Assembly: GCA_003693705.1 (NCBI GenBank)
Contig: RBZT01000791.1
Span: 1 to 34,904 of the forward strand
Length of the DNA: 34,904 nucleotides
Direction of reading: 5' to 3'
DNA from: Polymyxa betae A26-41
Taxonomy: Eukaryota > Protista > Endomyxa: Phytomyxea
The position numbers were made by a program, and so were the translations under genes. The notes under the pieces are model-generated. The model worked only from the letters and a program-made list of their open reading frames with translations. It ran no database searches and had not been told where the DNA came from. The stretch's first letter is position 1. Every line of letters starts with the position of its first letter. Positions 11,865 to 24,871 of the stretch are shown piece by piece.

Positions 11865-14597
11865 ATGTCTCCGTGCGCATTTTCTGTTTTTCAAGTTTCG
11901 ACTCTCAAACTCATAGTGGTAGTGTGCTGTCCATCAACTCTTTCGTCGAGGACGCTGGGATGGTGTTTGCGTCGCCAGAGCTCCAGCCAGGCCAGCCATG
12001 CGGGCTGGTACTGGAGGGTCCTTCGATTGCAGTCCAGTCCGGCGAATGCATCTCTTCTATAGACAGCGATAGCGAGGAGTCGGAACAGGCTGCTGCCGAT
12101 GAACCGGTTTATTGCCTATGTAGGAAACCGGATGACGGTAAACTGATGGTTCAGTGTGATAAGTGCATGGAGTGGTTTCATGCTGCTTGTGTGAAACTGT
12201 ACGAAATATTGTTTCCTTTGCTCAAAATAGTTTCTCCTTATAGTTAATCTGTTTCTATTTAACAAGCGATTTTCGCTAATGTTGGGTTTAGTACCGCTGA
12301 AAGTGATCTGAGCCATTGGTTATGTCCGCCTTGTCATGGTTCCAGACGAGGAGCCAAGTCTCCTTCACCCTCCCCTCCACCCTGTCCTTTGTTGAAGTCC
12401 AAACCGATTGCGGCTCCCGTCAAATCCAATAATACAACGCCTAAGGCGCAAACTGGCATATCTCGCGATAATGCTCAAATCGATAATTCAGCTAGATCCC
12501 AGAAAATTGGCTCTAGAAGAAATTTTGTTAAGATCAGCCCCATCAGCAAGATTGTAAAATTGATGTCGACCCCGGACGTACCTCTTATTGAGCGTATTCA
12601 TCAAGGTGCAATAAATCATAGCCCCCGCGTACTTATTTGTGCTAAGTATATCCTCGAGCAGATAGGATTTCGTGCCGAGGAGCTCTATCAAAAGTGGTTG
12701 CTGACGATTTGGCTCATCGGATCGAGGAAGCTGCGTTTCCAAACGATCCGTCGCCGGATTTGATCAAGAACTACAAGTTGAAGATCCGCGAGATTATATT
12801 GAACCTCAAAAGCAATTCTGATTTGATGCAGAGTGGGTTCGCTGCGTTGCAGTTTAAACTTTGCTTACCTCATTCTCTTGCAGGTGTTGCTGAAGGATCT
12901 GTGACGCCGATCGAATTGGCCACGAAGGATGTTTCGTCTCTAGCTGCCCCTGATCTGGTTGCTGCTAGAAATGAACAGCGTCAACTAGCAATCAGTGCTC
13001 GGCTCGTAACGCCGTCCGAAGAAGAAACCGAGCCTCAGATGACCGTACCATCTGTCCCTGAACAGGTATCGATGTGTCGTGCACCTAACAGCCCGTTGAT
13101 TCGGTTGCAGACTGTCGATATTGTTGTCCCCGATGTTGCACCTGATGTTAACAATATGCCGCATCCTGTAGAAGTTTTTTGTAACGATCAATCGGATTCA
13201 GATGTCTCCGCTCCAATGGCATATGAAGCATACAAAGAGGAGCTTGTCGACAGCGTCGTTACGGAAGTAGTAAAGCAACCGCCCCCTGCCGACTGGTCTG
13301 GTACATTGGCAATGTCGCCGTCGGACGAAGCGTTTTCATTGCGTGGTCTCATTGTCAATCCCGAACTAAAGTCGGACCGCAAGCGGTTTTCGAAATTATC
13401 TAAAGCTTTGTATATACATGGGCGAGTCCAGCCCAGCTCAGTGCATAAGGTTGTTGGAAAATATAATCAGCTTATTTCATCTTGTGACTTTAGTCGGATA
13501 GTTTCTATTACAAGTCCATAACATCACTCGAGACATGCAGGGACCAGAGCGTTTCAATCATAAACGCCCTGCACTGGTGAAATTCAATGTTGATGAAAAC
13601 TCTTCTTCCGCTTGTGATAAGTTTGTCAAGGGATATTCAGGTGTGTTAACATTTTGTCAGTGTTTAATGATATGTTAAATTTGATTCAGACCGAAATCGC
13701 ATCCCTGTCATTGACAATGCCGAGCTTGGTGTATTACTGTATTTTGTTTCTCCAGTGTTTAACAGCAACGCTCAATGGACCGCCCTGCTTCAAGAAATGT
13801 TCCAGTCATCGCCTCCTGAAGGTGCCTCATTATGGGCCATTGCTATAATTACTGCCGAATCTAAACTTAACAAGGCTTCTTCATCCTCGTCCCATCATAG
13901 GCCACACCATCATCGCTCACATAAAGAGCATTCAAGAACGTCTCACGCTGCTGTTCCAGTTCAGTCCACCGGCACGGTTGCGATGCAGCTCGAACACTTG
14001 GAGCATGTTGCTCCATCTACGGTTCCGACAATGATGCAGCTGGATTTGGAGCATGCCTTGGCCGAAGTTGACTCGCTAACGAAGCTGGTCGATCCTCGCC
14101 TAGACTCAAATAGTTGGCATAACCATGATAGCTATGCAGGAGCTATTGTCGCTCCAGAAAGGGCTGCGGCGTATGAGTCGAATCCCCATCCAGAGGCTGC
14201 TATGCCACAGGATGCTTATAGGGCTCATCATCCTGAGTCGGAGTTTATCCATCCTGATCGGGCAGCACGAATGTTCAATGAATACAGGCCAGTTCCAAGA
14301 TATGCTGATCCAAATATGTACCATGCTGAAACTCATCCAAATCTGTTTCAAACCGACGTTCCACCAGATCCGTATCATTGGGTCTCTCAAAGCCATGATC
14401 GATATGGTCCGTCACGGGGTGGTCGTGCTGATTGGCCACCGCCTTATCATCGGCCCTCTCCACCTATGGGCAGGATGCCATTAGAACCTGGACCATTCGG
14501 TCCTGGAAAACTCAAAGATGAGCACAGGAATCGACGTCGTAATCGCGGACGAGAACACAGGCGTATTCGCGGCGGCTTTCCTTCACAAAGCAGATAA
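11865..14597 (+). CDS. PHD finger + TFIIS central domain + SPOC protein (BYE1/PHF3/DIDO1-like)
   Basis: YCLCRKPDDGKLMVQCDKCMEWFHAACV...WLCPPC (PHD); LAHRIEEAAF...YKLKIREIILNLKSN...VTPIELA (TFIIS_M); WSGTLAM...LYIHGRV (SPOC); low-complexity Pro/Arg tail. Start is 11865 via a 44 nt intron, or 11960. Confidence 0.88.
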
Positions 14598-15011
14598 CGA
14601 GCTTATCTAATTGTTAATTATATAATAATATCATTCATAGCGTTAATATGTCTTTGCGAAGCTTTCAGTAAAAGGCTCGGTATTCTCTCAAATTGCAGCC
14701 ACGATGCTCAGCTTTCTATCGTCATCGTAACCGCCTGCTGTTATATTCTAGGGAGAGCAGTATCCAGTTCGTCAGGCCAACCCCAAGCAGACGCTGGGAG
14801 CGCTGCATCGATAGAAAGCCAAATGATGATCCAGTTGATCAGTGATCTGATTATAGTGATTTTGCCAGTCGCACTTTTTCCCTCCAAAAAGTGCACAACT
14901 TTGGTCTTTGAAGCGAAAAAAGTAATCGTTTGGCCATACAGCCGCGCAAAAAAATTCGCTGCCATCTTGGTCATTTTGAAGAGGTCAGTTGATAACTTGG
15001 ATAAAGCCAAG

Positions 15012-17338
15012 ATGGTGTCGGACCCAGCTGTTACTGGGCGCGCTGGAGGTGTCTACCTTCCTCCATTTAAGGTTGCCCAGCAAGCGGTTTCTAATGATCC
15101 CGGAACAACCGAATATCAGCGCGCTCATTGGGATGCCATGCGCAAGGCGATCAACGGTCTCGTTAACAAAGTCAATGCTTCGAATATCTCCAATATAGTG
15201 GTCGAATTATTCTGCGAAAATTTGATTCGAGGTCGTGGTCTGCTAGTTCGTGCGATTCTCAAAGCTCAAATGGCTTCACCAAATTTCACGCACGTATATG
15301 CTGGCCTTATCTCTGTTATCAATAGCAAAATGCCAGAAGTAATTTTCCTTCGTGATTCTATGCGGAATTCTCACATTCTGCAGATCGGCGAATTATTATT
15401 AAAGAGAGTGATTTTGCAGTTTAGAAGGTCATATCGGCGTAATGACAAACTGGTGTGCCTTGCATGCACTAAGGTAAATTTCCATTTTTTGGCTTAGCTG
15501 AATAATTTTTCTGTTTTCTTCATGTTATTAACATTGTTTTTATCGTTTGAATTCTACAGAGAAGAACTAGCTTATTAAGGCTGTATATGTTCTTAACATG
15601 TGATCATTAGTTCATGGCACATCTGGTTAACCAACAAGTCGCTCACGAAATCGTTGCCCTGGAGCTGCTAACTCTGCTGCTGGACAAACCTACTGATGAT
15701 TCAGTTGAGGTTGCTGTCGGCTTCATAACTGATTGCGGCGCCATGCTAACGGAATTGTCGCCACGTGGTGTTCATGCAATCTTCGAGCGTTTCAGAGGAA
15801 TCTTGCATGAAGGAGAAATCGACAAACGTGTCCAGTACATGATTGAAGGGCTGTTCGTTGTTCGCAAAAGGAAGTTTGCTGAACATCCTGCTGTTATTCC
15901 CGAGCTGGATCTGATTGAATCTGCCGACCAAGTATCTCATGAACTTTCCCTCAATGACGATCATGACCCGGAACGAAATTTGGATATCTACCATTTCGAT
16001 CCTGATTATGAAAAGAATGAAGCCCAGTATGAAGAAATCAAGAAAGAAATTATTGGTGAAGAAGAAGAAGAAGAAGAAGAGGTGACTTTACTCTTTACTT
16101 TCTGTTTATTTGTACTCTGGTTTCTTGATTTCTGCCAAGTTCTTAACCTCTTCCTACTTTTAGTATTTAATCCATGTTTCTATATCTTGTTTGTTATTTC
16201 AATTGCTGCTGTTTCGTATTTTCTTCTTCTTTTAGCAATTTTGCCTATCTTGACTGACTCTATTAGGAGTCAGAGGAGGAAGAATCAGCAGAAGAAGATG
16301 GCGCTGTTGATGGTGCTGCTGCTCCTGGTGCTTCCATGGATATTATTGACCAAACTGGAACCGAAGATGTCACCCTCAGAAGGTAGTTATGGACACAGAA
16401 GCTTGACGCTCCTAACCTTCATTCAGGACTATTTATCTAACAATCATGTCATCACTAGACTTTGAAGAATGTGCCCACAAGCTACTGAAAACAGAGCTTG
16501 ACGATGGGAAACAGTTTATTGTTTGTGAAATGATCATTGAATGTTGTGCCCAGGAAAGAACATATCTCAAGTCGGTTACTGTCTTCCTTTCTAGTATTTC
16601 GTGCTAATATGTCTTTAGATTTTATGGTTTACTTGGTGAACGCTTTTGCCGGTTAAATCCCGTTTATCAATCTGTAAGCTATTGCAGCATTTAAAGGCTT
16701 TTTTGTGTTATTCGAATGCCAAGTCTCATACTTGCTGATTTTCTTTGAGATAATCTTGTCTAACACACTTTTTTGCTCACATTCGTATTCAGGCGTTTGA
16801 TGATCTATTCGCACGTCATTATGCCACTATTCATCGTCACGAGACTTCTAAGCTCCGCAATATTGCCAAGTTCTTCTCCCATTTGCTTTATACCGATGCT
16901 TTAGATTGGGGCGTTCTTGAATATATCGCACTGAACGAGAACGATACGACATCATCGTCGCGTATCTTCATCAAAATCGTATTCCAAGAGCTATCCGAAT
17001 TTCTGGGATTGAAGAACCTTCGCAGTCGCCTACAGAATCCAGGACTTCAACCTAGCATTGCTGGTCTGTTTCCAAAGGATACGCCTCGGAATACTCGATT
17101 CGCCATCAACTTCTTCACGTCAATCGGTCTCGGCGGTCTCACTGACGAACTTCGGGCACATCTTAAGGTCCAGCAGGCCGAAGCTGCTGCTCTACGTGCC
17201 GCCGCTGCCGCTCAAGAATCCAGTAGCGAAAGCACTAGCGATAGCTCCAGCGACAGCTCCTCGGATTCCGATTCCAGCGGCTCGGACAGCGATGGCGACG
17301 AAAATTCGCTATCGCGGAAACGCTCCAGGAGATCATAA
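15012..17338 (+). CDS. CWC22: Pre-mRNA splicing factor CWC22 (MIF4G + MA3)
   Basis: [104 protein letters not shown] and a Ser/Asp tail, across several GT-AG introns. Confidence 0.97.
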
Positions 17339-17383
17339 ACCAATTCCCAACACCTTCGGTAAACTAATGAATAATATAACTGT

Positions 17384-17938
17384 TCAGTTATTTCCATCCC
17401 TTTCGTTTTGATCATAGATTAGGAGATTATTAGGCATCACTCGTGCGGTATCCCATAGTCTATGTTCGAGATCTTTCTTACCCATGCCAATATGGAACAC
17501 TGTCAGGCCTCGAGCTACCAGTCCGTCACTTATCATTCGCCGATGGCAGCGCCACCACAGCGTCTCTGCACACATGATACAGCAGTAGAAGCCATCGTCA
17601 GCTTCACGCTCGGAGAGCTCGATCAGTTTCTGAAGCGCTGTTTGAAACTCGGGCGTCTCCATGTAGGCTGCATAGTCCCGGAACTCATCGACCTGAAGCG
17701 CGCTGTGCTTCTCGGCTCCTTTATCGGTGCGTCGTCGTCCTCCCAGATCGGGCACATGGATATAGCGAAGAGGTTTGCCAAGATTACGCTCGAGGTTGGA
17801 TTTGGCAAACTGCGAGTTCGTGCGACTCCCAGGATAGCTGCGAACATCCACTAGGGTACGAACATCGTGATCGAGCAGTATCTGGACGAGCTCGTCCAAT
17901 GTCCTGGTCCCATGCCCGATCGTGTAAACGGTGTTCAT
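17384..17938 (-). CDS. DUF488-family protein, intronless, bacterial-like
   Basis: MNTVYTIGHGTR...LVDVRSYPGSR..QF...YIHVPDLGGRR...FRDYAAYMETPEF...IMCAETLWWRCHRRMISDGL, the characteristic DUF488 pattern. Confidence 0.92.
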   Translation of the reverse strand: MNTVYTIGHGTRTLDELVQILLDHDVRTLVDVRSYPGSRTNSQFAKSNLERNLGKPLRYIHVPDLGGRRRTDKGAEKHSALQVDEFRDYAAYMETPEFQTALQKLIELSEREADDGFYCCIMCAETLWWRCHRRMISDGLVARGLTVFHIGMGKKDLEHRLWDTARVMPNNLLIYDQNERDGNN

Positions 17939-19500
17939 ACTTCTTAAAACTGATGAACCGCTGTACTGGGAAACAGAATCAGCAATCAGAAACGCATTTC
18001 CAAAACACCGCATTCAAATATCACCAGGTGATAGAGGCGGTTTGATAAGGCTCAAGTTCCGCCGGCATTCTGCTCCAAGGGCGAATGTTCAGTTGTCGGC
18101 CCGATACTTGCACAAGGTTCTCGTGGTCCCGAGCGGAATCAATCGGAGCTAACGCAAAGAATTATGAGCTTCGATTGGTCCGCTGTGTTGGAAATCAGTA
18201 CAATCTGATGACGTTCATTAAATGTGAAGAGCCATTAGACGATCAATGAATATTTCCACTGTAATTTAGCTTTAACATTGTCAGTATGCCGATTCTTGCG
18301 ATCTTGGCGTTTCTGGTTTCAGCGTCGCCATCCAAGAACGTATTACTATGCTCAGTACGATTTCCAGTGCTAGTTACATCCGACATACTGAACTTGGAAA
18401 AATGCCATCGCGATGATCGAAGCTCTTTTTTCTTAGCTCTGGCTCCGTCTCGTATCAAACAAGTCCAAAATTGGGTCACATATCCGAACCCGATTCGGTT
18501 TACAGATCAGATGGGGCACAATTCTTTTTTCTACTCTTGTTTCAACCAGCTATACATTCCCCTCCCTGAAACCTCGCATCGGTTCTCGGTCCGCCCAAAC
18601 CGACCATTGCTCATACACTTCCAGGACACTGATGACTGCTTTGATAGTCTTTAACCCACCCAAATATAGCTCATTGTTTTTGAGTTGAGCGGGAATTTTG
18701 TGGCATTGAATTATTAATAAAAATCCCGCCTCCACATTCAAAATGCGAGCCATAGCTCCAACCACTTTAAATATCTTGCCACTTAAAAGAGTACATTTTC
18801 CCATTCCGTACAAATGTTAGGAAGATGTAGCACTTATATAAGTTTGAGTGCCAAATCCAAAGCGTGTTAATTATGCAGTATCACGTAACTTTGCAATCGG
18901 GTGAAATATCAACAGATAAGAGGAAGTTCCAAAGGTGCCCAGAATCTGCACAATCGCACCAACAGCAAAATCAAGCAGGTGTAAGAACTTCATGCTTTAG
19001 TAGCTGTTCTGGTAGCCCAGATTGTCATCACAAAACGCCACCGAATGGATTTGAACGTAGCATCAGCAAATCCTGTAGTTTTAAAAAAGCCGAGAGGTCC
19101 AGCCAGCGTGAGCACCGACCATTAGCACAGGATTGTACCAGGATAGTCATCGGTGTAGATTCTCGCACGTACTACTTTTGAGACAAATCGACAAAAACTT
19201 TGGTAATTCGAATAATCACTTTTTTTTAGCAGACAGGGAACCGATCTCTGGATCCGGTGGTTGTTACGCAGAGATTTATAGAAGGCGAAGGCATTCAATT
19301 GCTCTACAAAAAGCTTAACGTTCACCGCGCAAGGTTCCAAGATATATACATGATATTGAGCAGCGAAAAATCTGGCGGCAATCCGATCTGCCATTGAGAT
19401 CCAGGATGTAAGGCCCAAATCATCAATTGAAGTTCGTTGAATTCCGCTACGAGCACATGAAAATGCCTATCATGTTTGTGTATAATATTTACATGTTTTA

Positions 19501-20216
19501 GATTTGGAGGCTTTGATAGCGGTACTCAACGGAAAAAATCGCGCAAGAGTGGCGTCAGTGCAGGCGGGTTGTTTCTCGATACTTCCCATTGACCACTGTG
19601 TTATCAGGCGTTCGGCGTCATCATGCAATTCATGCGTCGAGGCGTCCCGATCGCCCCATGCTTACACCGTTACGCTCGGCCTAGACACCGTGGAGACTTC
19701 CGGCAGCAGATTTCCGATCCGTTTGCATTCGCTGTCCGACTTACTGGCGATTTTGCCGATGTCGAGTGGGATGAAGCCCAAGGTTTCATTTACCCGTTTG
19801 GAAGAGATCATTCCCTGACCAAGTTTGTGCCATCGCTGACAATTCCGGAGGGATCGGTTCATAACACCATCACGAATGCACCGGAAAGTGCTGCTGCTTG
19901 CCATGACCTGTTCGGAGGATTGTCTGTTGGTGGATTTCCTTTCCTAGCGGAGTATCCGCCCTACGTAATCGAGAAGAGTCCTGGTATCAGTAATTATATA
20001 GTCTGGCCTGCGAGCTCCAAGAAACAACGCTCGACGTTGATTCGCCGGAAGCATTGTTACGTTTCGTATGACTCGCTACCGGATTGTTACGCGTTGGTCT
20101 GGGATAAATTTCCCGGTCACGGTTTGCTGGTAAACACCAAGTCAGTGAAAGTAACAGATGTGGTCGATTCCGGTTGCAGAAGTCTGTTTGTGATGCCCAG
20201 ATTGACTCAGAAATGA
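19501..20216 (+). CDS. Orphan protein, 3' exons (5' exons probably within ~19040-19500, unresolved)
   Basis: 197-aa ORF 19623-20216. An upstream exon DLEALIAVLNGKNRARVASVQ joins in frame through a possible GC-AG intron. No recognisable domain. Confidence 0.55.
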
Positions 20217-20692
20217 GCTGGACCTATAAATGCACTGTTTTTCTACCGTGACACTCGGTACCCATCTATTTATCTACCATAGCTCATTCCAATACAATCA
20301 ATACATATAACTTGTTTTCGAATTAGCACTTTATGGTTTCACCTGATCGAGATTTGAAATGCATAAACCGATTCTTCTCGACGAGATCTATCGATCTATG
20401 CATTATTAAGATACGAGTTTAGAATCTGCTCTGCGATGGCTGGTTACTGTTGTAGTACATAGCAATTTGGTGTCTACGGTCCGAATCCTTAAAAAAATTT
20501 ATAAGTAAAAAATACGACAAACTTAGCAATACTACATGGTTTCACATAGACAGTCGTCAATGGCCACCAGCCTTTGGCGTGGCCCAACGGGTTGCCTTAT
20601 GAGACCTATAGTATCATCTGCTGTTTCTGCTTCGCTTTACCGGTACATTGGTCTTATATATCGGTTCATTTAACCCGGCGTGCAACTTGTGT

Positions 20693-22612
20693 TCATGTAA
20701 CTAGACGTTTATTAGCCAGGCTACTTATTGCTAAAGCGAAAGCGGTGGCCGCCGAGAATGGAAATTGAAAATCAATATGGTAGCGACCTGGAGAAAGTTT
20801 CCCGAACTGGAAAAGTATACAACCAGCTAAACAATAAGACGGTCAATCTTATAGATAATGGATACTTTAGCTAATCTTACGTCGATCTGGATCCACCATC
20901 TGGAAGTTCTTCTTACTAGGAACCTTTACAGTAGATCCAAAATCCAACGTATGACCACCATACACTGATGTCTCATTTTAGTTTTGACGACAAAATTTCA
21001 TTCATTATGTAGATTATCAGAACTGCTTTCAAAAGAAGCCATTTCCATTAAAATATACTGACGATGAATTCGAAATGTAACAAAGAAATAAGAACAAGAG
21101 ACCAACTTTCGTGTATCAGAACAATGGGAGGCATATTCCAACGTACCTGGGTTCCAGACAGGCGGGTTATTGATGAGCGTTTGGGATTTCCGATCGCTAC
21201 GTTCATGGACAGTTGGATCCATCATCATATAGAACTTTCGAGGTGCTGTCCCCAGCAGATTCGTCTCATAGACAATTCGGGCCAGTGCGACCCGGGCATG
21301 AGCAGGGATCGTCGGCGACTCGACGGATCGCTGCCTATACCCGTTGTCGAAAACGGTGAATTCTGTCCCGCTTATATTCACGGTGATGCTGGCGAGGAAT
21401 CCGCTACAATGACGCTCCTTTCCAACAAATCAGGATGCAGATGAAGGTAATCTCGGGGTCTTACGATTTGCAGATCGTCACCTGGCACGGCGAGGATGTA
21501 TTCGCCGTCGTTTGGGCTCCAGGCAGCGCTCAGGATGTGGCGATCGTTGAGCCACATCTCGTAAGATTGTCGGTCTTCGCAACGCTTCACTTGACCAAGG
21601 CATTTCTCTGTCACTTTCCTGCAAAAACCATCAGAAGGCGAAACAGGTTTTCTGTTCATAGAGGCTATTGATACATTGAGAGAGGCGATATAGTGTGGAC
21701 TCGAGTTGCAGCTAGGATGAGATCTTGATAGGTCATGCAGTAGCCAGCATCATCTCTAATAGCCCTTGAACTCTCAATAATGAGAGGAGAGGGCGGCTCC
21801 CCTTCCCGCTCGATCACATGACGAATAAGCCAGCGATGAGCAGCTGCGAGCAGTTCCACATCGTCCCAGGCTAGACCGAATCGTCTTTCGAGAATTCAGC
21901 ATGAGAATGGATTGAATGTACTGGAACAATACCCGATTCGAAGAACGGTGTGAGCGCTCAATGAGTTAATGCTTCCCTGCTTGGCTTCGTTGAAGATCGA
22001 GACGTTTCCTGCAATAGTTGGCTTGATAAACTATAAACACTGGAATGGAAAAGAAATTGTCATAATTTTTAGCTCGACAATGACCAAATCGGACATCATA
22101 AACAGGTAAATCAAAATACAAGGCTGAATCGGCAGTAATAGAAATCTCAGTTACCGATCATGTAAGCGGCTGCCATTGAGTGAACTGCATGTGTGCCCAT
22201 ACGACCTTCCAGCACCGAGATCGTGTCATAAACGGCGGCGGGTGTCGGTACCAGAACACGGCTGCGACCGGCACATAGCTTGGAAGGTCTAGTCATAGGG
22301 ACGCAGGCCACCATCGTCATCTTCAAAAATCAATGAAACCGTGAGAGGACAAACTGAAAGCTTTAACAAACTTTGAAAAAATCAAACTTTATTAAAGCTG
22401 ATTGGCATCATCACCCTGAAGGTTTGCAATGGGACAGAATACGGCATCGAATCACCAATTTGGTGATCATGGCGGCCGCTCTGCGTTCGGCACGAGATCT
22501 CAATGACAGCGACCTGGTCGAATTCGGCTTCCGAGGCGATCGGCTCGACACAAAAGTATGCAGCAGGAGATTCGCCAGTCGCCGTCCTGTCTTTGGCGGC
22601 GTCTATCGTCAT
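20693..22612 (-). CDS. Divergent Tubby C-terminal-domain protein, multi-exon
   Basis: NISGTEFTVFDNG, LARIVYETNLLGTAPRKF, LINNPPVWN, LDFGSTVKVPSKKNFQM, LFQFGKLSPGRYHIDFQFPFSAATAFALAISSLANKRLVT*. The 5' exons and start are tentative. Confidence 0.88.
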
Positions 22613-22699
22613 GGCGATACGATAGCAACACAAGACTGATGGACCGAGAAAGTTTAGCTGTCGGTCTCAGCATGTGTGAAAACACAGTGCTGGGCTTTC

Positions 22700-22854
22700 A
22701 GTGTTATCAGAAAATGATGATCTATCGATCCATGTCACAGACCTTACAGGGTCCCTAAATGTATGTAACAGTGTTATCAGATAGAGCTGGTCAAGATGAC
22801 CAATATAGATCCTTGTCACTATCGTTACAGGGTCCCTACATGTCATCTATGTAA
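22700..22854. repeat. Imperfect two-copy tandem repeat (~70-85 bp units)
   Basis: CAGTGTTATCAGA...GATCC.TGTCAC...TTACAGGGTCCCTA.ATGT...TATGTAA occurs twice. Confidence 0.8.
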
Positions 22855-23224
22855 TGTCAAAGGGAACGAAGTCCGAATTTGATCTATTTCGATTTCAGAT
22901 TGTGTGGATTGCCTGTGATTGCTTTGCTAAAACAGAGTCATTTCCGGCCAGGTATACTCCTGATCACTCGGCTGTTCTTGACGATATGGATGGTAAGCGC
23001 AGCTGCATGTGGGAACCCACTGGGAACTGCTTTCTTTCGAATGGTTCAGATAAAGCATCATTGTTAGACGGGAGAGGGTTTTGAACTGGAATGTGTTTGA
23101 AGAAGTGTTTTATTTCTTAGAATGCAAGCGGAATGCAATGCTTCCGGTTGAATTAGCGTGAGTCAACGCTATTGATATCTCGTGTTTGATCTAACAGCGT
23201 TCATATATGAACAATCATCGAATT

Positions 23225-23297
23225 GCTTCTGTGGCCCAATGGTCAAGGCGCGTGCCTACGGAGCGCGAGATTCCGGGTTCGAGTCCCGGCAGAGGCT
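23225..23297 (+). tRNA. tRNA-Arg(ACG)
   Basis: Acceptor GCTTCTG/CAGAGGC; anticodon arm CGTGC-CTACGGA-GCGCG; T arm CCGGG-TTCGAGT-CCCGG; downstream T6 Pol III terminator; no encoded CCA. Confidence 0.95.
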
Positions 23298-23519
23298 TCA
23301 CTTTTTTCAAGATTGCGTTTTAATCTTTCGTCTCCCTTTCGGAAAAGAAGTTTCGAGACAAACTCTAAACTGGGTGTTGCAGGTAATAGGTACGCACTAC
23401 TCTACATGAATCTTAAAAGCACGCGATATTGTTGAGCCACTTTTCAAAACCAATCTGCTTTAAATTCATTATTAAAAGCGTTGCTGTAAATCTGTTTTGA
23501 CATTACTCGGATACAGCTC

Positions 23520-24871
23520 TTAATTGAAGGTGGGTGGGCACTCAAGTTCTGGTAGAGTTTCTTTGATACTGTCTAACAAAACCAGAGCAGGGAGAAAATC
23601 CCTCCCCTTCAAATACCACTGCGACGTACCCAGGAGATTGACGGTCTTTTTTACAGCATCCTCTACAGTGATTTTCGATGGCCTCGACGACACTTTTGAC
23701 AGCTCTGCAATTAACGGCTTATGCTTATACAAGAACAGCGCAATATTGGCCAGCATGCCCATCTGTTTATCGGTAGGCTGTCGGAACTGCTCCACCAGCG
23801 GTTCGGTATTCGTGACGGCCATCAACATCGCGGTCTGCCGGATGATCTCAGCCATCCTGACGCCATTCTGGGCAAATTTTCCAGAGAGACGCTCGCAGTA
23901 TTCGTACATAGCCTGATGCCCATTTTCCAGACTATAGACGAACAGGTCCAGAACGACATGCTGAGGCATATCGACATTGCGGAACGTGAGCTTATAGTTC
24001 GGGGTGGCGGACATCAGCGTAGCGGCGACCGACAGATCCAGCTTGTCATCGAAGATGACGACGTACCGGCACAGGATCTCACTGGCTTCCAGGATTTCGT
24101 CGATAGTCGGCGTGACCCTCTCGGCCAGGATCAGGTCGCGAGCCAGCATGGCCAGGGCGGTGATTTCGGGCACATCACATTTCGTCATGTGACTGACGTA
24201 ATCGCGCACGAAGCTGGTCAGGCTTTGCTGATCGAGGGTGGTTGGAATATAGCGCGGGACCGCGTCGGTTTCGTCATCAGCTTGGGGCTGCGCCGGGTAC
24301 AGGGTGTCCCGCAGCATTGATCCGAACAGAGTCAAGACGATCTTGGCGGCGGTGATCAACGGCGATTCGATTTGGAGTTCCGGCTCCTCGGGCGGATGCA
24401 GGAATGAGTTGATGGCCTCGAAGACGTTCGGCATGGGGTCCGAATGTTGCGGTGAAGGGTGCGAGACATACGGCCTAGGCTCGATATCGATATGATCGGG
24501 GCCGAACGGCAGTTTGTCGACAAACAGAGACAAATCCGACGGCTCGGTTTCGGTCCGGACTTGGTTCATGAAAATATCGATAAAGGCGCGCAGCACGACG
24601 ACCTGCGTTCCGTCCGGATCGCGCGCAGACTTGTAGACCAGCACGGGTTGCGGCTGGGTCCGGTACGGCAGGTTCTCCCAATCCGGATTCGTATCATACG
24701 CGTTCTGGAACAGATTCGCTACAAGTGCCGTATTAGAATCATGGTCAAAGCCGCCGCAGGGGAGTCCAACCCACCAACGGATGTTGCAGCAGGGGCGGCG
24801 TCTTCGTTGGCGCCGCTGGCGATGACGGCCAGGACAGCGACCAGGGCGATGATGGCCTGAGAGGTCCTCAT
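23520..24871 (-). CDS. Orphan secreted protein (~430 aa), effector candidate
   Basis: Exon 24871-24775 (MRTSQAIIALVAVLAVIASGA, signal peptide), 56 nt GT-AG intron 24774-24719, then a long in-frame exon to 23520. Confidence 0.8.

Noticed and set aside
14823-14850. C/D-box snoRNA (ATGATGA...CTGA)
   Set aside because: The boxes are too close together and no guide complementarity was recognised.
16082-16266. Apparent transmembrane segment in the CWC22 ORF
   Set aside because: It is read-through of a T-rich GT-AG intron that splits the poly-Glu tract.
23721-24860. Long plus-strand ORFs opposite GC-rich genes (also 33746-34231 and 17462-17854)
   Set aside because: Antisense shadows caused by the codon bias of the real genes.
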